From Eledone cirrhosa (taxonomy: Eukaryota), in the NCBI GenBank assembly GCA_964016885.1, contig OZ024740.1, forward strand, positions 255,688,001-255,752,000: 64,000 nucleotides of DNA, written 5' to 3'. The notes under the pieces are model-generated. The model did no database searches and was not told the origin of the DNA. It saw only the letters and a program-made list of their open reading frames with translations. Position 1 is the stretch's first letter. Every line of letters begins with the position of its first letter. Shown here in pieces: positions 36,601-54,600 of the stretch. The position numbers and the translations under genes were made by a program.

Positions 36601-39600
36601 ACATGGACATGGACATACATTAACACATGGAGATAGATATACATCAACACATAGACATACATATACATTAACACACAGACATAGACATACATTAACACAT
36701 GGACATAGACATACATTAACACATGGACACAGACATACATTAACACATGGACATAGACATACATTAACACATGGACACAGACATACATTAACACATGTAC
36801 ATAGACATACATTAACACATGTACATAGACATATATTAACACATGTACATGGATATAATTTAACACATGTACATAGACATACATTAACACATGGACACAG
36901 ACATATATTAACACATGGACACAGACATACATTAACACATGGACATAGGCATACATTAACACATGGACATAGACATACATTAACAGATGTACATAGACAT
37001 ACATTAACACATGGACACAGTCATACACTAACACATGGACATTGACATACGTTAACACATGGATATAGATATACATTAACACATGGACATACATATACAT
37101 TAACACATGGACATAGACATACATTAACACATGGACATAGATATACACTAACACATTAACATAGACATACATTAACACATGTACATAGATATACATTAAC
37201 ACATAGACATAGATATACATTAACACATGAACATAGACATACATTAACACATGTACATAGACATACATTAACACATGGACATAGATATACACTGACACAT
37301 TGACATAGACATACATTAACACATGTACATAGATATACATTAACACATAGACATAGATATACATTAACACATGGACATAGACATACATTAACACATGTAC
37401 ATAGATATATATTAACACATGGACATAGACTTACATTAACACATGTACATAGATATACATTAACACATAGATATACATATACATTAACCCCTGTACATAG
37501 ATATAAATTAACACATAGACATAAATATACATTAACACATGGCCATAGACATACATTAACACATGGAGATAGATATACATGAACACATAGACATACATAT
37601 ACATTAACACATGTACATAGATATACATTAACACATGGACACAGACATACATTAACACATGGACATAGATATACATTAACACATGGACATAGACATACAT
37701 TAACACATGGACATAGAGATACATTCCCACATGGACACAGACATACATTAACACATGGACATTGACATACATTAACACATGGACATAGATATACATTAAC
37801 ACATGGACATACATATACATTAACACATGGACATAGACATACATTAACACATGGAAACAGACACACATTAACACATGGACATAGACATACATTAACACAT
37901 GGACATAGACATACATTAACACATGGACATAGACATAGATTAACACATGGACACAGACATACATTAACACATGGACACAGACATACATTAACAAATGGAC
38001 ATATACATACATTAACACATGGACACAGTCATACACTAACACATAGACATTGACATACATTAACACATGTACATAGATATACATTAACACATAGACATAG
38101 ATATACATTAACACATGGACATAGACATACATTAACACATGTACATAGACATACATTAACACATAAACATACATATACATTAACACATGGACACAGACAT
38201 ACATTAACACATGGACATATACATACATTAACAAATGTACATAGAGATACATTAATACATGGACATAGACATACATTAACACATGTACATAGACATACAT
38301 TAACACATGTACATAGACATATATTAACACATGTACATAGATATAATTTAACACATGTACATAGACATACATTAACACATGGACACAGACATACATTAAC
38401 ACATGGACACAGACATACATTAACACATGGACATAGACATACATTAACAGATGTACATAGACATACATTAACACATGGACACAGTCATACACTAACACAT
38501 GGACATTGACATACGTTAACACATGGATATAGATATACATTAACACATGGACATACATATACATTAACACATGGACATAGACATACATTAACACATGGAC
38601 ATAGATATACACTAACACATTAACATAGACATACATTAACACATGTACATAGATATACATTAACACATAGACATAGATATACATTAACACATGAACATAG
38701 ACATACATTAACACATGTACATAGACATACATTAACACATGGACATAGATATACACTGACACATTGACATAGACATACATTAACACATGTACATAGATAT
38801 ACATTAACACATAGACATAGATATACATTAACACATGGACATAGACATACTAACACATGTACATAGACATACATTAACACATAGACATACATATACATTA
38901 TCACATGTACATAGATATGCATTAACACATAGACATAGATATACATTAATACATGGACATAGACATACATTAACACATGTACATAGATATATATTAACAC
39001 ATGGACATAGACATACATTAACACATGTACATAGATATACATTAACACATAGACATACATATACATTAACCCCTGTACATAGATATAAATTAACACATAG
39101 ACATAAATATACATTAACACATGGACATAGACATACATTAACACATGGAGATAGATATACATGAACACATAGACATACATATACATTAACACATGTACAT
39201 AGATATACATTAACACATGGACATAGACATACATTAACACATGGACATAGACATACATTTACACATGGACATAGACATACATTAACACATGGAGATAGAT
39301 ATACATGAACACATAGACATACATATACATTAACACATGTACATAGATATACATTAACACATAGACATAGATATACATTAACACATAGACATATATATAC
39401 ATTAACACATGTACATAGATATACATTAAAACATGGACATAGACATGCATTAACACATGGACATAGACATACATTAACACATGGACACAGACATACATTA
39501 ACACATGGACATATACATACATTAACACATGGACACAGACATACATTAACACATAGTCATAGACATACATTAACACATGGAGATAGATATACATGAACAC

Positions 39601-41490
39601 ATGGACATAGATATACATTAACACATGTACATAGACATACATTAACACTTGGACATAGACATACATTAACACATGGAGATAGATATACATGAACACATAG
39701 ACATACATATACATTAACACACAGACATAGACATACATTAACACATGGACATAGACATACATTAACACATGGACACAGACATACATTAACACATGGACAT
39801 AGACATACATTAACACATGGACACAGACATACATTAACACATAGACATAGACATACATTAACACATGTACATAGACATATATTAACACATGTACATAGAC
39901 ATACATTAACACATGGACATAGACACACATTAACACATGGACATAGATATACATTAACACATGGACACAGACATACATTGACACATGGACATAGATATAC
40001 ATTAACACATGTACATAGACATACATTAACACATGGACATAGACATACATTAACACATGTACATAGACATACATTAATACATGGACGTAGAGATACATTA
40101 ACACATGGACACAGACATACATTAACACATGGACATTGACATACATTAACACATGGACAAAGATATACATTAACACATGGACATACAAATACATTAACAC
40201 ATGGATATAGACATACATTAACACATGGAAACAGACATACATTAACACATGGACATAGACATACATTAACACATGGACATAGATATACATTAACACATGG
40301 ACATAGACATAGATTAACACATGGACACAGACATACATTAACACATGGACACAGACATACATTAACAAATGGACATAGACATACATTAACACATGGACAC
40401 AGTCATACACTAACACATAGACATTGACATACATTAACACATGTACACAGATATACATTAACACATAGACATAGATATACATTAACACATGGACATAGAC
40501 ATACATTAACACATGGACATAGACATAGATTAACACATGGACACAGACATACATTAACACATGGACACAGACATACATTAAAAAATGGACATAGACATAC
40601 ATTAACACATGGACACAGTCATACACTAACACATAGACATTGACATACATTAACACATGTACATAGATATACATTAACACATAGACATAGACATACATTA
40701 ACACATGGACATAGAGATACATTAACACATGGACATAGACATACATTAATACATGTAGATAGACATACATTAACACATGTACATAGACATGCATTAACAC
40801 ATGGACATAGACATACATTAACATATGTACATAGACATACATTAACACATGGACACAGACATACATTAACACATGGACATAGACATACGTTAACACATGG
40901 ACATAGAAATACATTAACACATGGGCATAGACATACATTAACACATGGACATAGAGATACATTAACACATGGACATAGATATACATTAATACATGTAGAT
41001 AGACATACATTAACACATGTACATAGACATGCATTAACACATGGACATAGATATACATTAACACATGGACATAGACATACAGTAACACATGAACATAGAC
41101 ATACATTAACACATGTACATAGACATACATTAACACATGGACATAGATATACACTGACACATTGACATAGACATACATTAACACATGTACATAGATATAC
41201 ATTAACACATAGACATAGATATACATTAACACATAGACATATATATAAATTAACACATGTACATAGATATACATTAAAACATGGACATAGACATAAATTA
41301 ACACATGGACATAGACATACATTAACACATGGACATAGATATACATTAACACATGTACATAGACATACATTAACACATGGACATGGACATACATTAACAC
41401 ATGGAGATAGATATACATCAACACATAGACATACATATACATTAACACACAGACATAGACATACATTAACACATGGACATAGACATACAT
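33650..41490. repeat. Duplication with offset 4774 bp (199 monomers - 2): ~33650-36720 and ~38425-41490
   Basis: ORFs 33846/38620, 34061/38835, 34485/39259 and 34783/39557 are offset by 4774. Private shared variants: TAGTCATAGAC (34780/39554), GGACAAAGAT (35381/40155), ACATCAACAC (36641/41415). Confidence 0.9.
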
Positions 41491-44400
41491 TAACACATGG
41501 ACATAGACATACATTAACACATGGACACAGACATACATTAACACATGGACATAGACATACATTAACACATGGACACAGACATACATTAACACATGTACAT
41601 AGACATACATTAACACATGGACACAGACATACATTAACAAATGGACATAGATATACATTAACACATGGACATAGACATACATTAACACATGGACATAGAG
41701 ATACATTACCACATGGACACAGACATACATTAACACATGGACATTGACATACATTAACACATGGACATAGATATACATTAACACATGGACATACATATAC
41801 ATTAACACATGGACATAGACATACATTAATACATGGAAACAGACATACATTAACACATGGACATAGACATACATTAACACATGGACATAGACATACATTA
41901 ACACATGGACATAGGCATAGATTAACACATGGCCACAGACATACATTAACACATGGACATAGACATACATTAACACATGGACACAGACATACATTAACAC
42001 ATAGACATAGACATACATTAACACATGTACATAGACATATATTAACACATGTACATAGACATACATTAACACATGGACATAGACACACATTAACACATGG
42101 ACATAGATATACATTAACACATGGAAACAGACATACATTGACACATGGACATAGATATACATTAACACATGTACATAGACATACATTAACACATGGACAT
42201 AGACATACATTAACACATGTACATAGACATACATTAATACATGGACGTAGAGATACATTAACACATGGACACAGACATACATTAACACATGGACATTGAC
42301 ATACATTAACACATGGACATAGATATACATTAACACATGGACATACAAATACATTAACACATGGATATAGACATACATTAACACATGGAAACAGACATAC
42401 ATTAACACATGGACATAGACATACATTAACACATGGACATAGACATACATTAACACATGTACATAGATATACATTAACACATAGACATAGATATACATTA
42501 ACACATGGACATAGACATACATTAACACATGGGCATAGACATAGATTAACACATGGACACAGACATACATTAACACATGGACACAGACATACATTAAAAA
42601 ATGGACATAGACATACATTAACACATGGGCACAGTCATACACTAACACATAGACACAGTCATACACTAACACATAGACATTGACATACATTAACACATGT
42701 ACATAGATATACATTAACACATAGACATAGACATACATTAACACATGGACATAGAGATACATTAACACATGGACATAGACATACATTAATACATGTAGAT
42801 AGACATACATTAACACATGTACATAGACATGCATTAACACATGGACATAGACATACATTAACATATGTACATAGACATACATTAACACATGGACACAGAC
42901 ATACATTAACACATGGATATAGACATACATTAACACATGGACATAGAAATACATTAACACATGGGCATAAACATACATTAACACATGGACATAGAGATAC
43001 ATTAACACATGGACATAGATATACATTAATACATGTAGATAGACATACATTAACACATGTACATAGACATGCATTAACACATGGACATAGATATACATTA
43101 ACACATGGACATAGACATACATTAACACATGTACATAGACATACATTAACACATGGACATAGATATACACTGACACATTGACATAGACATACATTAACAC
43201 ATGTACATAGATATACATTAACACATAGACATAGATATACATTAACACATAGACATATATATAAATTAACACATGTACATAGATATACATTAAAACATGG
43301 ACATAGACATAAATTAACACATGGACATAGACATACATTAACACATGGACATAGATATACATTAATACATGTACATAGACATACATTAACACATGGACAT
43401 GGACATACATTAACACATGGAGATAGATATACATGAACACATAGACATACATATACATTAACACACAGACATAGACATACATTAACACATGGACATAGAC
43501 ATACATTAACACATGGACACAGACATACATTAACACATGGACATAGACATACATTAACACATGGACACAGACATACATTAACACATGTACATAGACATAC
43601 ATTAACACATGTACATAGACATATATTAACACATGTACATAGACATACATTAACACATGGACATAGACACACATTAACACATGGACATAGACATACATTA
43701 ACACATGTACATAGATATATATTAATACATGGACGTAGAGATACATTAACACATGGACACAGACATACATTAACACATGGACATAGATATACATTAACAC
43801 ATGGACATAGACATACATTAACACATGGACATAGAGATACATTACCACATGGACACAGACATACATTAACACATGGACATTGACATACATTAACACATGG
43901 ACATAGATATACATTAACACATGGACATACATATACATTAACACATGGACATAGACATACATTAATACATGGAAACAGACATACATTAACACATGGACAT
44001 AGACATACATTAACACATGGACATAGACATACATTAACACATGGACATAGGCATAGATTAACACATGGACACAGACATACATTAACACATGGACATAGAC
44101 ATACATTAACACATGGACACAGACATACATTAACACATAGACATAGACATACATTAACACATGTACATAGACATATATTAACACATGTACATAGACATAC
44201 ATTAACACATGGACATAGACACACATTAACACATGGACACAGATATACATTAACACATGGACACAGACATACATTGACACATGGACATAGATATACATTA
44301 ACACATGTACATAGACATACATTAACACATGGACATAGACATACATTAACACATGTACATAGACATACATTAATACATGGACGTAGAGATACATTAACAC

Positions 44401-44999
44401 ATGGACACAGACATACATTAACACATGGACATTGACATACATTAACACATGGACATAGATATACATTAACACATGGACATACAAATACATTAACACATGG
44501 ACATAGACATACATTAACACATGTACATAGACATATATTAACACATGTACATAGACATACATTAACACATGGACATAGACACACATTAACACATGGACAT
44601 AGATATACATTAACACATGGACACAGACATACATTGACACATGGACATAGATATACATTAACACATGTACATAGACATACATTAACACATGGACATAGAC
44701 ATACATTAACACATGTACATAGACATACATTAATACATGGACGTAGAGATACATTAACACATGGACACAGACATACATTAACACATGGAAACAGACATAC
44801 ATTAACACATGGACATAGACATACATTAACACATGGACATAGACATACACTAACACATGGACATAGACATACATTAACACATGTACATAGATATACATTA
44901 ACACATAGACATAGATATACATTAACACATGGACATAGACATACATTAACACATGGGCATAGACATAGATTAACACATGGACACAGACATACATTAACA

Positions 45000-47900
45000 C
45001 ATGGACACAGACATACATTAAAAAATGGACATAGACATACATTAACACATGGACACAGTCATACACTAACACATAGACACAGTCATACACTAACACATAG
45101 ACATTGACATACATTAACACATGTACATAGATATACATTAACACATAGACATAGACATACATTAACACATGGACATAGAGATACATTAACACATGGACAT
45201 AGACATACATTAATACATGTAGATAGACATACATTAACACATGTACATAGAAATGCATTAACACATGGACATAGACATACATTAACATATGTACATAGAC
45301 ATACATTAACACATGGACACAGACATACATTAACACATGGACATAGACATACATTAACACATGGACATAGAAATACATTAACACATGGGCATAAACATAC
45401 ATTAACACATGGACATAGAGATACATTAACACATGGACATAGATATACATTAATACATGTAGATAGACATACATTAACACATGTACATAGACATGCATTA
45501 ACACATGGACATAGATATACATTAACACATGGACATAGACATACATTAACACATGAACATAGACATACATTAACACATGTACATAGACATACATTAACAC
45601 ATGGACATAGATATACACTGACACATTGACATAGACATACATTAACACATGTACATAGATATACATTAACACATAGACATAGATATACATTAACACAGAG
45701 ACATATATATAAATTAACACATGTACATAGATATACATTAAAACATGGACATAGACATAAATTAACACATGGACATAGACATACATTAACACATGGACAT
45801 AGATATACATTAACACATGTACATAGACATACATTAACACATGGACATGGACATACATTAACACATGGAGATAGATATACATGAACACATAGACATACAT
45901 ATACATTAACACATGGACACAGACATACATTAACACATGTACATAGACATACATTAACACATGTACATAGACATATATTAACACATGTACATAGACATAC
46001 ATTAACACATGGACATAGACACACATTAACACATGGACATAGATATACATTAACACATGGACACAGACATATATTGACACATGGACATAGATATACATTA
46101 ACACATGTACATAGACATACATTAACACATGGACATAGACATACATTAACACATGTACATAGATATATATTAATACATGGACGTAGAGATACATTAACAC
46201 ATGGACACAGACATACATTAACACATGGACATAGATATACATTAACACATGGACATAGACATACATTAACACATGGACATAGAGATACATTACCACATGG
46301 ACACAGACATACATTAACACATGGACATTGACATACATTAACACATGGACATAGATATACATTAACACATGGACATACATATACATTAACACCTGGACAT
46401 AGACATACATTAACACATGGAAACAGACATACATTAACACATGGACATAGACATACATTAACACATGGACATAGACATACATTAACACATGGACATAGGC
46501 ATAGATTAACACATGGACACAGACATACATTAACACATGGACACAGACATACATTAACAAATGGACATAGACATACATTAACACATGGACACAGTCATAC
46601 ACTAACACATAGACATTGACATACATTAACACATGTACATAGATATACATTAACACATAGACATAGATATACATTAACACATGGACATAGACATACATTA
46701 ACACATGTACATAGACATACATTAACACATAAACATACATATACATTAACACATGGACACAGACATACATTAACACATGGACATAGACATACATTAACAA
46801 ATGTACATAGAGATACATTAATACGTGGACATAGACATACATTAACACATGTACATAGACATACATTAACACATGTACATATACATATATCAACACATGT
46901 ACATGGATATAATTTAACACATGTACATAGACATACATTAACACATGGACACAGACATACATTAACACATGGACACAGACATACATTAACACATGGACAT
47001 AGACATACATTAACACATGGACATAGACATACATTAACAGATGTACATAGACATACATTAACACATGGACACAGTCATACACTAACACATGGACATTGAC
47101 ATACGTTAACACATGGATATAGATATACATTAACACATGGACATACATATACATTAACACATGGACATAGACATACATTAACACATGGACATAGATATAC
47201 ACTAACACATTAACATAGACATACATTAACACATGTACATAGATATACATTAACACATAGACATAGATATACATTAACACATGAACATAGACATACATTA
47301 ACACATGTACATAGACATACATTAACACATGGACATAGATATACACTGACACATTGACATAGACATACATTAACACATGTACATAGATATACATTAACAC
47401 ATAGACATAGATATACATTAACACATGGACATAGACATACTAACACATGTACATAGACATACATTAACACATAGACATACATATACATTAACACATGTAC
47501 ATAGATATGCATTAACACATAGACATAGATATACATTAATACATGGACATAGACATACATTAACACATGTACATAGATATATATTAACACATGGACATAG
47601 ACATACATTAACACATGTACATAGATATACATTAACACATAGACATACATATACATTAACCCCTGTACATAGATATGAATTAACACATAGACATAAATAT
47701 ACATTAACACATGGACATAGACATACATTAACGCATGGAGATAGATATACATGAACACATAGACATACATATACATTAACACATGTACATAGATATACAT
47801 TAACACATGGACATAGACATACATTAACACATGGACATAGACATACATTTACACATGGACATAGACATACATTAACACATGGAGATAGATATACATGAAC

Positions 47901-50900
47901 ACATAGACATACATATACATTAACACATGTACATAGATATACATTAACACATAGACATAGATATACATTAACACATAGACATATATATACATTAACACAT
48001 GTACATAGATATACATTAAAACATGGACATAGACATACATTAACACATGGACATAGACATACATTAACACATGGACACAGACATACATTAACACATGGAC
48101 ATAGACATACATTAACACATGGACACAGACATACATTAACACATAGACATAGACATACATTAACACATGGAGATAGATATACATGAACACATAGACATAC
48201 ATATACATTAACACATGTACATAGATATACATTAACACATGGGCATAGATATACATTAACACATGTACATAGACATACATTAACACTTGGACATAGACAT
48301 ACATTAACACATGGAGATAGATATACATGAACACATAGACATACATATACATTAACACACAGACATAGACATACATTAACACATGGACATAGACATACAT
48401 TAACACATGGACACAGACATACATTAACACATGGACATAGACATACATTAACACATGGACACAGACATACATTAACACATAGACATAGACATACATTAAC
48501 ACATGTACATAGACATATATTAACACATGTACATAGACATACATTAACACATGGACATAGACACACATTAACACATGGACATAGATATACATTAACACAT
48601 GGACACAGACATACATTGACACATGGACATAGATATACATTAACACATGTACATAGACATACATTAACACATGGACATAGACATACATTAACACATGTAC
48701 ATAGACATACATTAATACATGGACGTAGAGATACATTAACACATGGACACAGACATACATTAACACATGGACATTGACATACATTAACACATGGACATAG
48801 ATATACATTAACACATGGACATACAAATACATTAACACATGGATATAGACATACATTAACACATGGAAACAGACATACATTAACACATGGACATAGACAT
48901 ACATTAACACATGGACATAGACATACACTAACACATGGACATAGACATACATTAACACATGTACATAGATATACATTAACACATAGACATAGATATACAT
49001 TAACACATGGACATAGACATACATTAACACATGGGCATAGACATAGATTAACACATGGACACAGACATACATTAACACATGGACACAGACATACATTAAA
49101 AAATGGACATAGACATACATTAACACAGGGACACAGTCATACACTAACACATAGACACAGTCATACACTAACACATAGACATTGACATACATTAACACAT
49201 GTACATAGATATACATTAACACATAGACATAGACATACATTAACACATGGACATAGAGATACATTAACACATGGACATAGACATACATTAATACATGTAG
49301 ATAGACATACATTAACACATGTACATAGACATGCATTAACACATGGACATAGACATACATTAACATATGTACATAGACATACATTAACACATGGACACAG
49401 ACATACATTAACACATGGACATAGACATACATTAACACATGGACATAGAAATACATTAACACATGGGCATAAACATACATTAACACATGGACATAGAGAT
49501 ACATTAACACATGGACATAGATATACATTAATACATGTAGATAGACATACATTAACACATGTACATAGACATGCATTAACACATGGACATAGATATACAT
49601 TAACACATGGACATAGACATACATTAACACATGAACATAGACATACATTAACACATGTACATAGACATACATTAACACATGGACATAGATATACACTGAC
49701 ACATTGACATAGACATACATTAACACATGTACATAGATATACATTAACACATAGACATAGATATACATTAACACATAGACATATATATAAATTAACACAT
49801 GTACATAGATATACATTAAAACATGGACATAGACATAAATTAACACATGGACATAGACATACATTAACACATGGACATAGATATACATTAACACATGTAC
49901 ATAGACATACATTAACACATGGACATGGACATACATTAACACATGGAGATAGATATACATGAACACATAGACATACATATACATTAACACACAGACATAG
50001 ACATACATTAACACATGGACATAGACATACATTAACACATGGACACAGACATACATTAACACATGGACATAGACATACATTAACACATGGACACAGACAT
50101 ACATTAACACATGTACATAGACATACATTAACACATGTACATAGACATATATTAACACATGTACATAGACATACATTAACACATGGACATAGACACACAT
50201 TAACACATGGACATAGATATACATTAACACATGGACACAGACATATATTGACACATGGACATAGATATACATTAACACATGTACATAGACATACATTAAC
50301 ACATGGACATAGACATACATTAACACATGTACATAGATATATATTAATACATGGACGTAGAGATACATTAACACATGGACACAGACATACATTAACACAT
50401 GGACATAGATATACATTAACACATGGACATAGACATACATTAACACATGGACATAGAGATACATTACCACATGGACACAGACATACATTAACACATGGAC
50501 ATTGACATACATTAACACATGGACATAGATATACATTAACACATGGACATACATATACATTAACACCTGGACATAGACATACATTAACACATGGAAACAG
50601 ACATACATTAACACATGGACATAGACATACATTAACACATGGACATAGACATACATTAACACATGGACATAGGCATAGATTAACACATGGACACAGACAT
50701 ACATTAACACATGGACACAGACATACATTAACAAATGGACATAGACATATATTAACACATGGACACAGTCATACACTAACACATAGACATTGACATACAT
50801 TAACACATGTACATAGATATACATTAACACATAGACATAGATATACATTAACACATGGACATAGACATACATTAACACATGTACATAGACATACATTAAC

Positions 50901-51600
50901 ACATAAACATACATATACATTAACACATGGACACAGACATACATTAACACATGGACATAGACATACATTAACAAATGTACATAGAGATACATTAATACGT
51001 GGACATAGACATACATTAACACATGTACATAGACATACATTAACACATGTACATATACATATATTAACACATGTACATGGATATAATTTAACACATGTAC
51101 ATAGACATACATTAACACATGGACACAGACATACATTAACACATGGACACAGACATACATTAACACATGGACATAGACATACATTAACACATGGACATAG
51201 ACATACATTAACAGATGTACATAGACATACATTAACACATGGACACAGTCATACACTAACACATGGACATTGACATACGTTAACACATGGATATAGATAT
51301 ACATTAACACATGGACATACATATACATTAACACATGGACATAGACATACATTAACACATGGACATAGATATACACTAACACATTAACATAGACATACAT
51401 TAACACATGTACATAGATATACATTAACACATAGACATAGATATACATTAACACATGAACATAGACATACATTAACACATGTACATAGACATACATTAAC
51501 ACATGGACATAGATATACACTGACACATTGACATAGACATACATTAACACATGTACATAGATATACATTAACACATAGACATAGATATACATTAACACAT
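45000..51600. repeat. Duplication with offset 4078-4174 bp: ~45000-47430 and ~49080-51600
   Basis: ORF pairs 46074/50248, 47210/51384 and 47425/51599 are offset by 4174; 45083/49161 by 4078 (four monomers fewer). Shared variants: ACACCTGGAC, GGGCATAAAC, tandem CACAGTCATACACTAAC. Confidence 0.85.
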
Positions 51601-54600
51601 GGACATAGACATACTAACACATGTACATAGACATACATTAACACATAGACATACATATACATTAACACATGTACATAGATATGCATTAACACATAGACAT
51701 AGATATACATTAATACATGGACATAGACATACATTAACACATGTACATAGATATATATTAACACATGGACATAGACATACATTAACACATGTACATAGAT
51801 ATACATTACCACATAGACATACATATACATTAACCCCTGTACATAGATATGAATTAACACATAGACATAAATATACATTAACACATGGACATAGACATAC
51901 ATTAACACATGGAGATAGATATACATGAACACATAGACATACATATACATTAACACATGTACATAGATATACATTAACACATGGACATAGACATACATTA
52001 ACACATGGACATAGACATACATTTACACATGGACATAGACATACATTAACACATGGAGATAGATATACATGAACACATAGACATACATATACATTAACAC
52101 ATGTACATAGATATACATTAACACATATACATAGATATACATTAACACATAGACATATATATACATTAACACATGTACATAGATATACATTAAAACATGG
52201 ACATAGACATACATTAACACATGGACATAGACATACATTAACACATGGACACAGACATACATTAACACATGGACATAGACATACATTAACACATGGACAC
52301 AGACATACATTAACACATAGACATAGACATACATTAACACTTGGAGATAGATATACATGAACACATGGGCATAGATATACATTAACACATGTACATAGAC
52401 ATACATTAACACTTGGACATAGACATACATTAACACATGGAGATAGATATACATGAACACATAGACATACATATACATTAACACACAGACATAGACATAC
52501 ATTAACACATGGACATAGACATACATTAACACATGGACACAGACATACATTAACACATGGACATAGACATACATTAACACATGGACACAGACATACATTA
52601 ACACATAGACATAGACATACATTAACACATGTACATAGACATATATTAACACATGTACATAGACATACATTAACACATGGACATAGACACACATTAACAC
52701 ATGGACATAGATATACATTAACACATGGACACAGACATACATTGACACATGGACATAGATATACATTAACACATGTACATAGACATACATTAACACATGG
52801 ACATAGACATACATTAACACATGTACATAGACATACATTAATACATGGACGTAGAGATACATTAACACATGGACACAGACATACATTAACACATGGACAT
52901 TGACATACATTAACACATGGACATAGATATACATTAACACATGGACATACAAATACATTAACACATGGATATAGACATACATTAACACATGGAAACAGAC
53001 ATACATTAACACATGGACATAGACATACATTAACACATGGACATAGACATACATTAACACATGGACATAGACATAGATTAACACATGGACACAGACATAC
53101 ATTAACACATGGACACAGACATACATTAACAAATGGACATAGACATACATTAACACATGGACACAGTCATACACTAACACATAGACATTGACATACATTA
53201 ACACATGTACATAGATATACATTAACACATAGACATAGATATACATTAACACATGGACATAGACATACATTAACACATGGACATTGACATAGATTAACAC
53301 ATGGACACAGACATACATTAACACATGGACACAGACATACATTAAAAAATGGACATAGACATACATTAACACATGGACACAGTCATACACTAACACATAG
53401 ACATTGACATACATTAACCCATGTACATAGATATACATTAACACATAGACATAGACATACATTAACACATGGACATAGAGATACATTAACACATGGACAT
53501 AGACATACATTAATACATGTAGATAGACATACATTAACACATGTACATAGACATGCATTAACACATGGACATAGACATACATTAACATATGTACATAGAC
53601 ATACATTAACACATGGACATAGACATACGTTAACACATGGACATAGAAATACATTAACACATGGGCATAGACATACATTAACACATTGACATAGAGATAC
53701 ATTAACACATGGACATAGATATACATTAATACATGTAGATAGACATACAGTAACACATGTACATAGACATGCATTAACACATGGAAATAGATATACATTA
53801 ACACATGGACATAGACATACATTAACACATGAACATAGACATACATTAATACATGTACATAGACATACATTAACACATGGACATAGATATACACTGACAC
53901 ATTGACATAGACATACATTAACACATGTACATAGATATACATTAACACATAGACATAGATATACATTAACACATAGACATATATATAAATTAACACATGT
54001 ACATAGATATACATTAAAACATGGACATAGACATAAATTAACACATGGACATAGACATACATTAACACATGGACATAGATATACATTAACACATGTACAT
54101 AGACATACATTAACACATGGACATGGACATACATTAACACATGGAGATAGATATACATGAACACATAGACATACATATACATTAACACACAGACATAGAC
54201 ATACATTAACACATGGACATAGACATACATTAACACATGGACACAGACATACATTAACACATGGACATAGACATACATTAACACATGGACACAGACATAC
54301 ATTAACACATGTACATAGACATACATTAACACATGTACATAGACATATATTAACACATGTACATAGACATACATTAACACATGGACATAGACACACATTA
54401 ACACATGGACATAGATATACATTAACACATGGACACAGACATATATTGACACATGGACATAGATATACATTAACACATGTACATAGACATACATTAACAC
54501 ATGTACATAGATATATATTAATACATGGACGTAGAGATACATTAACACATGGACACAGACATACATTAACACATCGACATAGATATACATTAACAAATGG

